From contig WQVK01000004.1 of assembly GCA_009784025.1 (NCBI GenBank), forward strand, positions 13,903 through 77,902: a DNA stretch of 64,000 bases, given 5' to 3'. Below are positions 9,460-21,130 of this stretch, one piece after another (position 1 is the stretch's first letter; every line of letters begins with the position of its first letter). The DNA is from Defluviitaleaceae bacterium (GTDB lineage: Bacteria; Bacillota; Clostridia; Lachnospirales; WQUN01). Below the pieces are notes generated by a model, which did not search any database, was not told the DNA's origin, and saw nothing but the letters and a program-made list of their open reading frames with translations. The position numbers were made by a program, and so were the translations under genes.

Positions 9460-9484
9460 TAAAAAATCCTCCAAATAAATAAAC

Positions 9485-9540
9485 CGCTAGACTTGCCCCA
9501 CCGCCCACAAAAACGGGGGGTGGGGCAAAGCTCACGGTTT
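9485..9540 (-). terminator. GC-rich hairpin downstream of gap
   Basis: The stem is CTTGCCCCACCGCC..GGGGGGTGGGGCAAAG, flanked by AAACCG / CGGTTTT. It resembles family-C modules. Confidence 0.55.
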
Positions 9541-9551
9541 TAGTTTAAATA

Positions 9552-10589
<1,038 letters not shown>

Positions 10590-10700
10590 TTATTACTATG
10601 GCTTGCCCATAGAATATCAAAAGATTAAGTTTGTGGGGCCTTGCCCCACATCTAAACCAACTTCTGCGGAAAAAAGCGGGCAAAAAACTTTAACTTTTCA

Positions 10701-10737
10701 ATTTTCAGTTGGTCGGAAATTCCGACCAACTGAAAAT
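10701..10737. repeat. Family-A hairpin ATTTTCAGTTGGTCGG-AAATT-CCGACCAACTGAAAAT between eno and gap
   Basis: Same stem as the other five copies. Only the loop and flanks differ. Confidence 0.7.
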
Positions 10738-10842
10738 TTTCGCAATCTCTTCAAAGTGAAAAAATAAACCGACATTAAAGTTTTTTGCTTCTTTTTTTCA
10801 AAAAAGAAGTGGTGGATTGGGGGCAAAGCCCCCAAGGTGTTA

Positions 10843-12210
<1,368 letters not shown>

Positions 12211-12220
12211 TTAAATTATT

Positions 12221-12466
12221 TTACTTGCAATTTTCAATTGAGGGCATAGCCTCAAGTTCGGTTAAGACTGTATCGATTAGAGCCTTTGCTTCATCTATAC
12301 AATCATTTACGACAAGTACATGTAGTATTTGGAGACTTGAATGCAGAATTTTGCCATTTAGGGCACTAAGGATACAATTCCTTAGCAGCGTATTATCATT
12401 TTTGTCGATTACCAACTTCAATGCCTTAAAAGTCGCTAACAATTCAACGCGAAACTCTAAATTCAT
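12221..12466 (-). CDS. Small helical hypothetical protein (81 aa) inserted between gpmI and eno
   Basis: The start MNLEF.. has GGGAGG 6 nt upstream. The segment is visibly AT-richer than its flanks. I recognise no family. Confidence 0.45.
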   Translation of the reverse strand: MNLEFRVELLATFKALKLVIDKNDNTLLRNCILSALNGKILHSSLQILHVLVVNDCIDEAKALIDTVLTELEAMPSIENCK

Positions 12467-12486
12467 AAAATGCCTCCCTAAACCCA

Positions 12487-14031
12487 TCATTTCTTTTGCA
12501 GCAAACTCTTACCGGTCATCTCCGGTGGCTTAGGCAGCCCCATCAGCTCTAGCAGTGTTGGCGCGATATCCGCAAGCCTTCCGCCAGCTTCCAAATCGTA
12601 CCCCGGGCAGTTGAACAGCACAAATGGCACAGGGTTAGTAGTATGCGCGGTGAAAGGGTCACCTGTGGCGGTATCCACCATTTTGTCGCTGTTGCCGTGG
12701 TCTGCACATAGGAACATGCGAGTGCCGTTGCGTTGCATGGCGTCCATGGCGCGGGCTACGCATGTGTCCACAGTTTCTGCCGCTTGTATGGCCGCAGGCA
12801 TAACCCCTGTGTGGCCAACCATATCGCAGTTTGCGTAGTTGACTACAATCAGGTCATATTTGGCAGATTCTATTGCCTCTACCAATTTGTCCGTCACTTC
12901 ATGTGCGCTCATATCTGGCTGAAGGTCGTAGGTGGCTACCTTTGGGGATGCTACCAGCGTCCTATCTTCGCCTTCGTATGGTTCTTCGTTGCCGCCGTTG
13001 AAGAAAAAGGTTACATGGGCGTATTTTTCTGTTTCTGCCAGGCGCAGCTGTGTTAATCCCCTGTCTGCCAGGTATTTGCCCAGCACATTGTCCATAGACT
13101 GTGCGTGAAAGGCCACATGCTTGCCCGGTATGGTCACATCATATTCTGTGAAACAGGCATAATACAGCGGAATAGGCCCACCTGGGCGTGGGAAGCCATC
13201 AAAGTCTGGCTGCAGGAACGCCCTGGAAATCTCCCTAGCCCTATCTGGACGGAAGTTGAAGAAAACGATGGAATCCTGCGCATTAACAGTGGCCACAGGC
13301 TTGCCGCCCTCCAAAATAACCGTGGGCAGTACAAACTCGTCGTTAACATTGGCAGCATAGGTTTTTTCCATGCAGGCGATGGCGCTTTCGGCAGTTTCGC
13401 CTTTGCCTTGGGTTAGGGCGTCGTAGGCAAGTTGCACGCGCTCCCAGCGGTTATCCCTGTCCATGGCGTAGTAGCGCCCGTGGATAGACGCAATTTTACC
13501 CACACCAATTTCCTGCATTTTTGCCTCCAGCTCTTCTACAAAAGCTTTGCCGGAAGTGGGAGGCGTGTCGCGGCCGTCTAGGAATGCGTGTACAAAAACA
13601 TTCGTAAGGCCGTTGCGCTTGGCTAGCTCCAGCAGCGCGTACAGATGCGAGTTGTGGCTGTGTACGCCGCCGTCAGACAGCAGGCCGTACAAATGCAGCG
13701 CACTGCCGCTGTTTTTGGCGTTTTCTACTGCGCCTTTTAGTGTTTCATTGTTAAAGAAGTCGCCGTCTGCAATCTCTTTTGTGATGCGGGTTAGCTCTTG
13801 GTACACAACCCGCCCTGCGCCAATATTTGTGTGGCCAACTTCAGAGTTGCCCATTTGCCCTTCTGGTAGGCCAACATCCATGCCGCTGGCGGCGCCAGGC
13901 TTGCAAGGGAAATTCTGCATAAGCCAGTCCAGATGCGGGGTTTGGGATTGATATATTGCATTGTGTTCTTGCTCGCCAGACAGGCCGTAGCCGTCCAATA
14001 TCATCAAAACTATGGTGTCTTTCTTACTCAA
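12487..14031 (-). CDS. gpmI: 2,3-bisphosphoglycerate-independent phosphoglycerate mutase
   Basis: 514 aa with LMILDGYG, GQMGNSEVGHTNIGAGR and CADHGN. Confidence 0.95.
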   Translation of the reverse strand: MSKKDTIVLMILDGYGLSGEQEHNAIYQSQTPHLDWLMQNFPCKPGAASGMDVGLPEGQMGNSEVGHTNIGAGRVVYQELTRITKEIADGDFFNNETLKGAVENAKNSGSALHLYGLLSDGGVHSHNSHLYALLELAKRNGLTNVFVHAFLDGRDTPPTSGKAFVEELEAKMQEIGVGKIASIHGRYYAMDRDNRWERVQLAYDALTQGKGETAESAIACMEKTYAANVNDEFVLPTVILEGGKPVATVNAQDSIVFFNFRPDRAREISRAFLQPDFDGFPRPGGPIPLYYACFTEYDVTIPGKHVAFHAQSMDNVLGKYLADRGLTQLRLAETEKYAHVTFFFNGGNEEPYEGEDRTLVASPKVATYDLQPDMSAHEVTDKLVEAIESAKYDLIVVNYANCDMVGHTGVMPAAIQAAETVDTCVARAMDAMQRNGTRMFLCADHGNSDKMVDTATGDPFTAHTTNPVPFVLFNCPGYDLEAGGRLADIAPTLLELMGLPKPPEMTGKSLLQKK

Positions 14032-14770
14032 AATGCACCACCTTTTCGAAGGATGGCACTACGCTTGCGCCGCCCACCAGGCCGCCGTCGATATTCGGCA
14101 TGGAGAAAAGCGACTTAGCATTATCTGGCGTAACGCTGCCGCCGTAAAGTATATGAACCTTATCGGCCGCGGCCTTGCCAAAACGCTGCTCTACCTGCTG
14201 ACGGATTAACGCGCAGGCTTCTTCTGCCTGCTGGTCTGTGGCGGTTTCGCCCGTACCAATGGCCCAAATAGGCTCGTAGGCAATGATGATTCTGCTCATG
14301 TCATCGGCAGTAAGCTCGTCTAGGGCGAATGCTAGCTGCTTGCGCAACACGCCTTGAGTCCTGTTTTGCTTACGCTGCTTTTGGCTTTCGCCAACGCATA
14401 TGATAGGAACAAGGCCATGCTCAATCGCTTTTAGCGATTTTAGGTTAACAGTGGTATCTGTATCCCCAAAACGTTCACGTCTTTCACTATGGCCAATAAT
14501 TACATAAGGTACACCCATGTCCCTAAGCATAGCACCAGAAATTTCCCCGGTATACGCCCCTTCGTCCATGTAATGCATGTTCTGCGCGCCAACCTTAATA
14601 TTAGTGCCCTCCAGCGCATCCTTTACTGAACGAAGGTCCACATAAGGCACACAAAGTATAACTTCTACCTTGTTACTATCTAGCTTATCCTTCATCTCCA
14701 CAGCAAAGGCCTTAGCCCTACTAGGCACAAAATTCATCTTCCAGTTGCCCGCTACGATTGTTTTACGCAT
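14024..14770 (-). CDS. tpiA: Triose-phosphate isomerase
   Basis: Carries AGNWKMN, IIGHSERR and YEPIWAIGTG. The start is placed at MRKTIV (GAGGAG 6 nt upstream), not at the longer ORF start. Confidence 0.95.
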   Translation of the reverse strand: MRKTIVAGNWKMNFVPSRAKAFAVEMKDKLDSNKVEVILCVPYVDLRSVKDALEGTNIKVGAQNMHYMDEGAYTGEISGAMLRDMGVPYVIIGHSERRERFGDTDTTVNLKSLKAIEHGLVPIICVGESQKQRKQNRTQGVLRKQLAFALDELTADDMSRIIIAYEPIWAIGTGETATDQQAEEACALIRQQVEQRFGKAAADKVHILYGGSVTPDNAKSLFSMPNIDGGLVGGASVVPSFEKVVHFE

Positions 14771-14794
14771 GGTATTCTCCTCGTCAAGACCTTG

Positions 14795-14869
14795 GGGGCT
14801 TGCCCCACACCTCCACAAACCTCCGAATAAGTTTTTGGGGGTGTGGTTGGCGAAGCCTCTAACGGTTTT
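14795..14869 (-). repeat. Family-C module (reverse orientation) between pgk and tpiA
   Basis: The reverse complement reads AAAACCGTTAGAGGCTTCGCCAACCACACCCCCAAAAACTT.., matching AAACCGTCAGAGGCTTCGCCTCCGACACCTCCAAAAACTT. Confidence 0.5.
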
Positions 14870-14878
14870 GGTTTTGAT

Positions 14879-16069
14879 TTACTTATCTTGTACAGCAACA
14901 ACACCAGGTAAAGCTTTGCCCTCTAGGAATTCTAGTGACGCGCCGCCTCCTGTGGAGATGTGGGTCATTTTGTCGCCATAGCCTAGTTGGTTTACAGCTG
15001 CGGCACTGTCTCCGCCGCCTATTATTGTGGTTGCATTAAGGTCTGCTAGTTTTTGGGCTAGGGCTAGGGTGCCTTTTGCAAAGTTGGGGAACTCGAATAC
15101 GCCCATTGGGCCATTCCATATTACGGTTTTTGCGTCGGATAGGGCGCTGGTGAATAGTTCGCGGGTTTTTTCGCCTATGTCTAGGCCCATCCAGCCTGGT
15201 TCAATTGCGCTTGATGGTACTGTTTTGTGTTCTGCGTCACGGGCGAATTCTTTGGCTACTACTGTGTCTATTGGCAGCAGAAGTTCTACGCCTTTTTCTT
15301 TGGCTTTTGCTATCATTTCTTTGGCAAATTCGATTCTATCTTCTTCCAAAAGGGATGTGCCAACGCCATAGCCTTGTGCCGCGAAGAAAGTATAGGCCAT
15401 GCCGCCGCCTATTATTAGCTTGTCCACTTTGCCTAGTAGATTATTGATTACCGGGATTTTGTCGGAAACTTTTGCGCCGCCAAGTATGGCAACAAATGGG
15501 CGAACTGGATTTTCTACGGCATTGCCTAAGAATTTCAGTTCTTTTTCCATAAGGTAGCCTACTGCGGAAGTTTCTACAAAGTTGGTAACGCCAACGGTAG
15601 AGCAATGTGCGCGGTGTGCAGAGCCGAATGCATCGTTTACGTAAAGGTCTGCAATGCTGGCCAGGTCTTTAGAGAAGGCCTCTTCATTTTTGCCTTCTTC
15701 TTTGCGGAAGCGGGTGTTTTGTAGCAGCATAACATCGCCATCTGCCATTGCACCCACGGCGGCACGCACTGCATCGCTAACTACTGCGTCGTCGTCCATG
15801 AATTTTACTGGCTTGCCAAGATGTTGGCTTAGGCGCTCTGCCACTGGTGCTAGGGTTGCGCTTGGGTCTGGGCCTTTTGGCTTGCCCAAGTGAGAGCATA
15901 GAATCAGCCTTCCGCCGTCTGCGATAAGCTTTTTCAGGGTTGGTAGAGCCGCTACTATGCGGTTCTCGTCTGTGATTTTGCCCTCTTGTAGCGGCACGTT
16001 GAAGTCGCAGCGCACCAGGACTCTTTTGCCTTTTACGTTGATGTCGTCTACTGTTTTTTTGTTCAGCAT
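14879..16069 (-). CDS. pgk: Phosphoglycerate kinase
   Basis: 396 aa with RCDFNVP, a full PGK fold-length sequence and C-terminal [14 protein letters not shown]. Confidence 0.97.
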   Translation of the reverse strand: MLNKKTVDDINVKGKRVLVRCDFNVPLQEGKITDENRIVAALPTLKKLIADGGRLILCSHLGKPKGPDPSATLAPVAERLSQHLGKPVKFMDDDAVVSDAVRAAVGAMADGDVMLLQNTRFRKEEGKNEEAFSKDLASIADLYVNDAFGSAHRAHCSTVGVTNFVETSAVGYLMEKELKFLGNAVENPVRPFVAILGGAKVSDKIPVINNLLGKVDKLIIGGGMAYTFFAAQGYGVGTSLLEEDRIEFAKEMIAKAKEKGVELLLPIDTVVAKEFARDAEHKTVPSSAIEPGWMGLDIGEKTRELFTSALSDAKTVIWNGPMGVFEFPNFAKGTLALAQKLADLNATTIIGGGDSAAAVNQLGYGDKMTHISTGGGASLEFLEGKALPGVVAVQDK

Positions 16070-16177
16070 TTCTTGACCCCTTTCGGAAAATTATTTATGA
16101 CAATTTCTAATATTACAAACGTGAACATTGTAACATTTTCCACAAGAGGTTTGCAAGGGCGGGTTTTCAAAAATTGT

Positions 16178-16207
16178 TTGCAAGAAATGCTGGATTTATG
16201 GTATTGT
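16178..16207 (+). promoter_or_regulatory. Possible sigma-A promoter of nagB
   Basis: TTGCAA, an 18-nt spacer and TATTGT lie about 30 nt upstream of the nagB ATG. The call is by eye only. Confidence 0.3.
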
Positions 16208-16236
16208 AAAAAAAAGTCAAGATTTGGAGGGAAATT

Positions 16237-16968
16237 ATGTTAAAAATAATCATAACAAAGGATTTTGCAGAAATGAGCCAAAAGGCTGCAGAGCTGGTGG
16301 CGGCAAAAATTAAAGCAAAACCCGACTGTAAGCTGGGCCTTGCCACCGGGGGTACGCCGGCAAAAATGTACGAGCTACTGGTGGCCATGCATAGGGATGC
16401 TGGCTTGGATTTTGCAGGCATAACTGGGTTTAATTTGGACGAGTATTATCCAATTGCCCAAAGCAGCGACCAAAGCTACCACTACTATATGCAGCAGCAG
16501 CTTTACAGCCATGTAAACGTAAAGCCCGCCAACCAGCATATACCAAACGGCGCAGCCAAAGATGTAACCGCAGAATGCGACAGGTACGAAGCCCTGATAG
16601 AAGCCTGCGGTGGGATAGACCTGCAAATTCTAGGCATAGGCAACAACGCCCATATTGGTTTCAACGAGCCTGCTGGCAGTTTCTCTGCCAAAACCCAGCA
16701 TATACAACTAGACGAGATGACGATACAAAGCAACGCCCGTTACTTTGCAAATGCAAGCGAGGTGCCGCGCCATGCTATCACCATGGGCATACGCACGATA
16801 ATGATGGCCAAGCAGATTGTGCTACTGGCCAGCGGACAAGCTAAGGCCGAGGCCTTGCGGGCATCGTTTAAAGGGCCAATTACCCCGGCTGTACCTGCAT
16901 CTGCATTGCAGCTGCACCACGATGTGGTGGTTATTGCGGACGAGGCCGCTGGGGTGGGGTTGATATAA
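16237..16968 (+). CDS. nagB: Glucosamine-6-phosphate deaminase
   Basis: 243 aa with LGLATGGTP, DEYY and GIGNNAHIGFNEP. Confidence 0.9.
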   Translation: MLKIIITKDFAEMSQKAAELVAAKIKAKPDCKLGLATGGTPAKMYELLVAMHRDAGLDFAGITGFNLDEYYPIAQSSDQSYHYYMQQQLYSHVNVKPANQHIPNGAAKDVTAECDRYEALIEACGGIDLQILGIGNNAHIGFNEPAGSFSAKTQHIQLDEMTIQSNARYFANASEVPRHAITMGIRTIMMAKQIVLLASGQAKAEALRASFKGPITPAVPASALQLHHDVVVIADEAAGVGLI

Positions 16969-16970
16969 CA

Positions 16971-17045
16971 AAACCGTCAGAGGCTTTGCCTCCGACACCT
17001 CCAAAAACTTTTTTGGAAAAAAGTTTTATCAAAAAACTTTGATTT
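16971..17045 (+). repeat. Family-C two-hairpin module (~73 bp) directly after the nagB stop
   Basis: The sequence is AAACCGTCAGAGGCTTTGCCTCCGACACCTCCAAAAACTTTTTTGGAAAAAAGTTTT.. It is about 90 percent identical to the copy at 22422. Confidence 0.65.
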
Positions 17046-17057
17046 TGGATTTTATTG

Positions 17058-17174
17058 CGTAGCGAAATTAATGAAAAACGGTCTCGCCAGGTAGCGCCAT
17101 GAAATGCTGGAATAAGGTATTTCATGGCGCTTTTATCTCGACAAACGAGACCGATTTCAAATTGTTTCACCATA
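17058..17174 (+). mobile_element. Family-B element, diverged copy with compensatory changes in the inner hairpin
   Basis: The sequence is CGTAGCGAAATTAATGAAAAACGGTCTCGCC..CCATGAAATGC-TGGAATAAG-GTATTTCATGG..ACGAGACCGATTTCAAATTGTTTCACCATA. Confidence 0.7.
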
Positions 17175-17304
17175 CAAAAAGAAGCAAAAAAAATAGCATT
17201 GAAATTGTGAAAAATTCCAGTGCTATTTTTTTTCGTTTTTCAGATGAAAAAACGTGATGATTTGGGAGTTTTTGCTTTTTGAGATGCGAAAATTGCCCAA
17301 AATG

Positions 17305-17323
17305 TGGTACCGTATGGTACCAT
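17305..17323. repeat. Family-D GGTACC double palindrome (TGGTACCGTATGGTACCAT)
   Basis: Hairpin followed by TTTTT, about 50 nt downstream of the rng stop. Confidence 0.6.
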
Positions 17324-17369
17324 TTTTCTAAAATGCTAGCTGGAATCGTAAACTTTCCGACCTTCTGGT

Positions 17370-18491
17370 CTATAGCCTCTGCCTTTTTCCTGTGCCACCA
17401 CAATGCTGACAATCTGCCAACATGGCCTGTGATAGGCTGGGCCGGGTTTTCCTGCGGATTAGCTGCACCATGCCTTGCGGTATCATGCCAATCACCTCTG
17501 GCGGGATGCGTTCCTTTTTGCATTCTGCGGTTAAGGTTTCCATTAGCATGGCTTTGTCGCTGTCTGCCGGCATGTCTATGAAGTCGATTATTATAATGCC
17601 AGACAGGTTGCGTAGGGTGATTTGCCGGGTTATATGGGCTGCGGCTTCCAGGTTGGTTTGCAGTACGGCTTCCCGGTATTTTGCCGAAATATTGCTGGCG
17701 GTGTTTACGTCAATCACCACGCAGGCCTCGGTTTCTTCAAAGGTTACATTGCCGCCGCAGGGTAGGGGATTGGTTTTGTCCAGGGCAGCGCTTATTTGGC
17801 TGTTTAGCTTTTTGAACAGCCCTTTCTCATGACGGAAAACCTGCGCACCATTGTGGAAGGGGATGCCTTCTGTGTTGCCGCTTACATGAATTTCGCTAAT
17901 ATCATCTGTGAGGAAATCTGTTGGTATTTTCTCTTCTTCGGCAGGGTGTATGGTTGTGGGTGCAGTGGCTTTACTGGCTTTTATTTGCTGGTGTAACTGG
18001 TGTAGCGTTTGAATTTCTGCGGATATTTCGGCCTCGGTTTTGTGCTGGGCCCCTGTGCGTATTAATATGCCGTAGCCGGGGGGCAGGTTTTGTAAGGCGA
18101 TGTTTTTTAGGCGTTTTGCCTCTGTCTGGTCTGTTATTTTGCGGGAGATTCCGGCTTCTTTTGCATGTTCGTATAATATTGCCAGGCTGCCTTTTAGCTT
18201 AATTGCCTGGCTTACATATGCGCCTTTTTTTCCGGCTGGGTCTTTTTGCACCTGCACCAAAATAGAATCCCCGGCCTTTAGGCCATGGCCTGGTTTTGTG
18301 TTCATTAGGGCGTTTTTGTTGTGGCCAATGTCTATGAAGGCCATTTCATTTGGCAAAATTGTCTTGATTTTGCCCATGATTATTTTGTCCACCCAACTGC
18401 CGTGGCTTACTATTAATTCCCGCAGGGTGTCGCCCTCTGTAAGTGCGACTTTTACGGCGCTATCGGCAATTTCTACATACAGTTTCTTCAT
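17370..18491 (-). CDS. rng: Ribonuclease E/G family protein (short, S1 domain plus catalytic core)
   Basis: The S1-like segment is GKIKTILPNEMAFIDIGHNKNALM, with the catalytic-core motif IIIDFIDM. The start is placed at MKKLYVE, abutting the upstream stop. Confidence 0.8.
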   Translation of the reverse strand: MKKLYVEIADSAVKVALTEGDTLRELIVSHGSWVDKIIMGKIKTILPNEMAFIDIGHNKNALMNTKPGHGLKAGDSILVQVQKDPAGKKGAYVSQAIKLKGSLAILYEHAKEAGISRKITDQTEAKRLKNIALQNLPPGYGILIRTGAQHKTEAEISAEIQTLHQLHQQIKASKATAPTTIHPAEEEKIPTDFLTDDISEIHVSGNTEGIPFHNGAQVFRHEKGLFKKLNSQISAALDKTNPLPCGGNVTFEETEACVVIDVNTASNISAKYREAVLQTNLEAAAHITRQITLRNLSGIIIIDFIDMPADSDKAMLMETLTAECKKERIPPEVIGMIPQGMVQLIRRKTRPSLSQAMLADCQHCGGTGKRQRL

Positions 18492-19123
18492 AGAGCCACA
18501 AGCTCCTTGCCGGAAGATTTGTACAGCTGCACCCGGCATATGGTAGAAGGGCATGGTGGCTGCCCGGCTAGTTGCCCCGCCACTGTAAGCGGGTTTATAA
18601 AGCGCGCGCTGCCAGCGGCCAGCAGCATAGTGATGGTTTCGCCATGGGTTAGCTGGAAAATATCTGGCCGGATATCCGTGTCTTTTACGCCGCTTTTGGT
18701 TTTTTTTGGCACCACCAGCGCTTCCATTGCCATGATTTTTTCGCAGGCATCTGGCGGCAATGTGGTGGTGGGGGTGAATTCGTATTTTGCAGCGGTGGTG
18801 ATGGCAGCCGCGCCCTTGCCCTCGTAGGGGGATGCTTCGTGGATGGCCAGCCCGGCTGGGGCTGCGGCATTTAGCCGCTGGATAATTTCCTCCTGGGCCA
18901 TGGGGGCGGCCAGGGCGATATCTGCATAATCGTTAATGCTGGCCATGCCCAACGGCAGCGGTAGCGCAAAAGATAACAGAATATGCGGGTTAAACCCCTG
19001 GGAATACGCAGCAGGCAACCCCGCCCTTGTTACGGTTTGCATGAAAACCCGTTGGAAATCCAAATGCCCGATAAACCTTAGCGCTCCGCCCTTAGCGAAG
19101 CGCAGCCTTATATTCTGGTTCAT
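18488..19123 (-). CDS. Radical-SAM-associated protein (TIGR03936/DUF2344-like)
   Basis: Carries the motif RLRFAKGGALRFIGHLD. It sits in the conserved position between the TIGR03960-type radical SAM gene and RNase E/G. The family name is recalled, not searched. Confidence 0.75.
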   Translation of the reverse strand: MNQNIRLRFAKGGALRFIGHLDFQRVFMQTVTRAGLPAAYSQGFNPHILLSFALPLPLGMASINDYADIALAAPMAQEEIIQRLNAAAPAGLAIHEASPYEGKGAAAITTAAKYEFTPTTTLPPDACEKIMAMEALVVPKKTKSGVKDTDIRPDIFQLTHGETITMLLAAGSARFINPLTVAGQLAGQPPCPSTICRVQLYKSSGKELVAL

Positions 19124-20991
19124 TTTGCACCGCCTTTCCTGTCTACCGGGGAAGAGCAATTTTTTGGGCCGGTACAAGGCGATAAACCCGCCTTGTTGCA
19201 GGCCAGGCCGCAGTTAGCGCATCCCTGGTAGCAATTGGTGGTTAGCTGGCTGGTTGCAGATTTCTGCCATTCACTTAGCAGGAAGGCCTTAGATATGCCC
19301 ATGTCTATAAAATCCCATGGAAGGATTTCGTCGGCCTCCCGCTGGCGGGTGGTGTAGAAGCCGGGGTCTATTGCGGCTTGTTCAAAGGCGGCTAGCCAGC
19401 GGGCATGGTCAAAATGCTCGCTCCAGCCGTCGTAGATTGCGCCGGCCTGGTACGCCGCCAAAATCGCTTTGCCCAGCCGCCTGTCTCCGCGAGCCAGTAC
19501 GCCTTCTATTTGAGCGGTTTTTGCGTCGTGGTAGCGGTAGGTTATGCGCTTGTTGCGCAGTTTGCCCTTTACTTCTTGCTGTGTGGCGATAAATTCCTCT
19601 GGGGCTGCCTGTGCCGCCCATTGGAAGGGCGTAAATGCCTTTGGCACGAAGCATGATGTGCTCACGCTTACGCTTACCGGGCGCTTGCGCTCTTCATATG
19701 ACAGGCGGTAGTAGGTTTCTACCACTTTGTCGCATAGTTCTAGCACCGATAGGCTGTCTTCTATGGTTTCACCCGGCAGGCCAGACATGAAATAGAGCTT
19801 GATTTTGTCATAACCCGCTAAGAATGCGTTGTAGCAGCCTTCTAGTATTTGCTGTTCTGTTAGGTTTTTGTTGATTATATCGCGCATCCGCTGGCTGCCG
19901 GCCTCTGGGGCTACGGTTAGGGATGATTTGCGTAGGTTTTGGGTTTTTGCCAGGGCAGAGAGGTATTTCGCGTCCAGCCTGGTGGATGGTAGGGAAATAT
20001 TAACGCGGCGGGATTTGACAATATCCAACAGCCCGTCCAACAATTCGTCAAAATGCCCGTGGTCACAAGCGCTTAGGGATAGCAGTGAGATTTCATCGTG
20101 GCCAGTTGCGTCAAGAATATTTGCAGCATGTGCCAGTAAATCTGGCACGGTGCGCTCTCGCATGGGGCGGTATATGAAACCCGCCTGGCAAAAACGGCAG
20201 CCATGCACGCAGCCCCGGGCAATCTCCAGCACGGCGCGGTCTTGCACTGCTTCGGTTAGGGGCGTAAGAAATTTATCAGGGAAGAACCCCAGCTTGGGCA
20301 ACATTGCGCGCTTTACCATGGCTGGTGCGGCGGGGCTGGTGGGGGCAAAGCTGCTTATTCTGCCGTCATCCCCATAAGTGGCCTCGTATAGCGACGGCAC
20401 ATACACACCGTCTACCCTGGCGATACTCTCTAGAAAAGTTCGCCTGCCCATGGCCTTGTCGTATTTGTTTAAAATTTCATCCAGGCTGGCCTCCCCGTCG
20501 CCTATATAGAAGAAATCCACAAAATCCGCCAGTGGCTCTGGGTTGGTGGCGCATGGGCCGCCCGCGCATATTATGGGGTGGCTGTCGCCTCGCTGGCTGG
20601 CCAGCAGTGGGATTTTGCCAAGCTCTAGCATGGCCAGGATATTGGTGTAAGACATTTCGTATTGCAAAGTGAAGCCCAAAAAGTCAAATTCTCCAAGGGG
20701 GTTACCAGATTCTATTGCAAAAAGCGGCTTATCGCTGTCTTGCAGCTTGTCTACCATATCGAACCATGGCATGAAAACCCGCTCGCAGAACACATCATCC
20801 CGGCGGTTAAGGAAAAAATACAGCATCTGCAGCCCAAGATGGCTCATGCCAATTTCGTAAACATCCGGGAAACAAAACGCAAACCGCGTAAGCCCCGGTG
20901 TAATCTCCTTGCTAACGGCATTAACATCCCCGCCGGTGTACCGGCCGGGTTTTGTTAATGTCAACAGCTCTGAATCTGATAATGCTCTCAT
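19120..20991 (-). CDS. B12-binding-domain radical SAM protein (TIGR03960-like)
   Basis: 623 aa with KPGRYTGGDVN at the N-terminus and the CxxxCxxC cluster GCVHGCRFCQAG. Confidence 0.85.
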   Translation of the reverse strand: MRALSDSELLTLTKPGRYTGGDVNAVSKEITPGLTRFAFCFPDVYEIGMSHLGLQMLYFFLNRRDDVFCERVFMPWFDMVDKLQDSDKPLFAIESGNPLGEFDFLGFTLQYEMSYTNILAMLELGKIPLLASQRGDSHPIICAGGPCATNPEPLADFVDFFYIGDGEASLDEILNKYDKAMGRRTFLESIARVDGVYVPSLYEATYGDDGRISSFAPTSPAAPAMVKRAMLPKLGFFPDKFLTPLTEAVQDRAVLEIARGCVHGCRFCQAGFIYRPMRERTVPDLLAHAANILDATGHDEISLLSLSACDHGHFDELLDGLLDIVKSRRVNISLPSTRLDAKYLSALAKTQNLRKSSLTVAPEAGSQRMRDIINKNLTEQQILEGCYNAFLAGYDKIKLYFMSGLPGETIEDSLSVLELCDKVVETYYRLSYEERKRPVSVSVSTSCFVPKAFTPFQWAAQAAPEEFIATQQEVKGKLRNKRITYRYHDAKTAQIEGVLARGDRRLGKAILAAYQAGAIYDGWSEHFDHARWLAAFEQAAIDPGFYTTRQREADEILPWDFIDMGISKAFLLSEWQKSATSQLTTNCYQGCANCGLACNKAGLSPCTGPKNCSSPVDRKGGAK

Positions 20992-21053
20992 TTTACAGCT
21001 CCTTTATAATTCGGTATGGTTGAAAAAATTTCCACAATATCCCCCGCAGTATC

Positions 21054-21090
21054 AAAACCAACTAATTACAATTTGTAATTAGTTGGTTTT
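21054..21090 (-). terminator. Family-E hairpin AAAACCAACTAATTACAA-T-TTGTAATTAGTTGGTTTT (terminator of the MFS gene)
   Basis: Perfect 18-bp stem with A/T runs on both sides. A second copy lies at 34737. Confidence 0.65.
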
Positions 21091-21130
21091 GTCCCTGCGA
21101 ACCAGCATAGCCAAAACCCAAGCGATTTTT

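Noticed and set aside
17167-17523. 118-aa minus-strand ORF downstream of rng.
   Set aside because: It overlaps the rng 3' end and the family-D and family-B repeats. It has no RBS and low-complexity composition.
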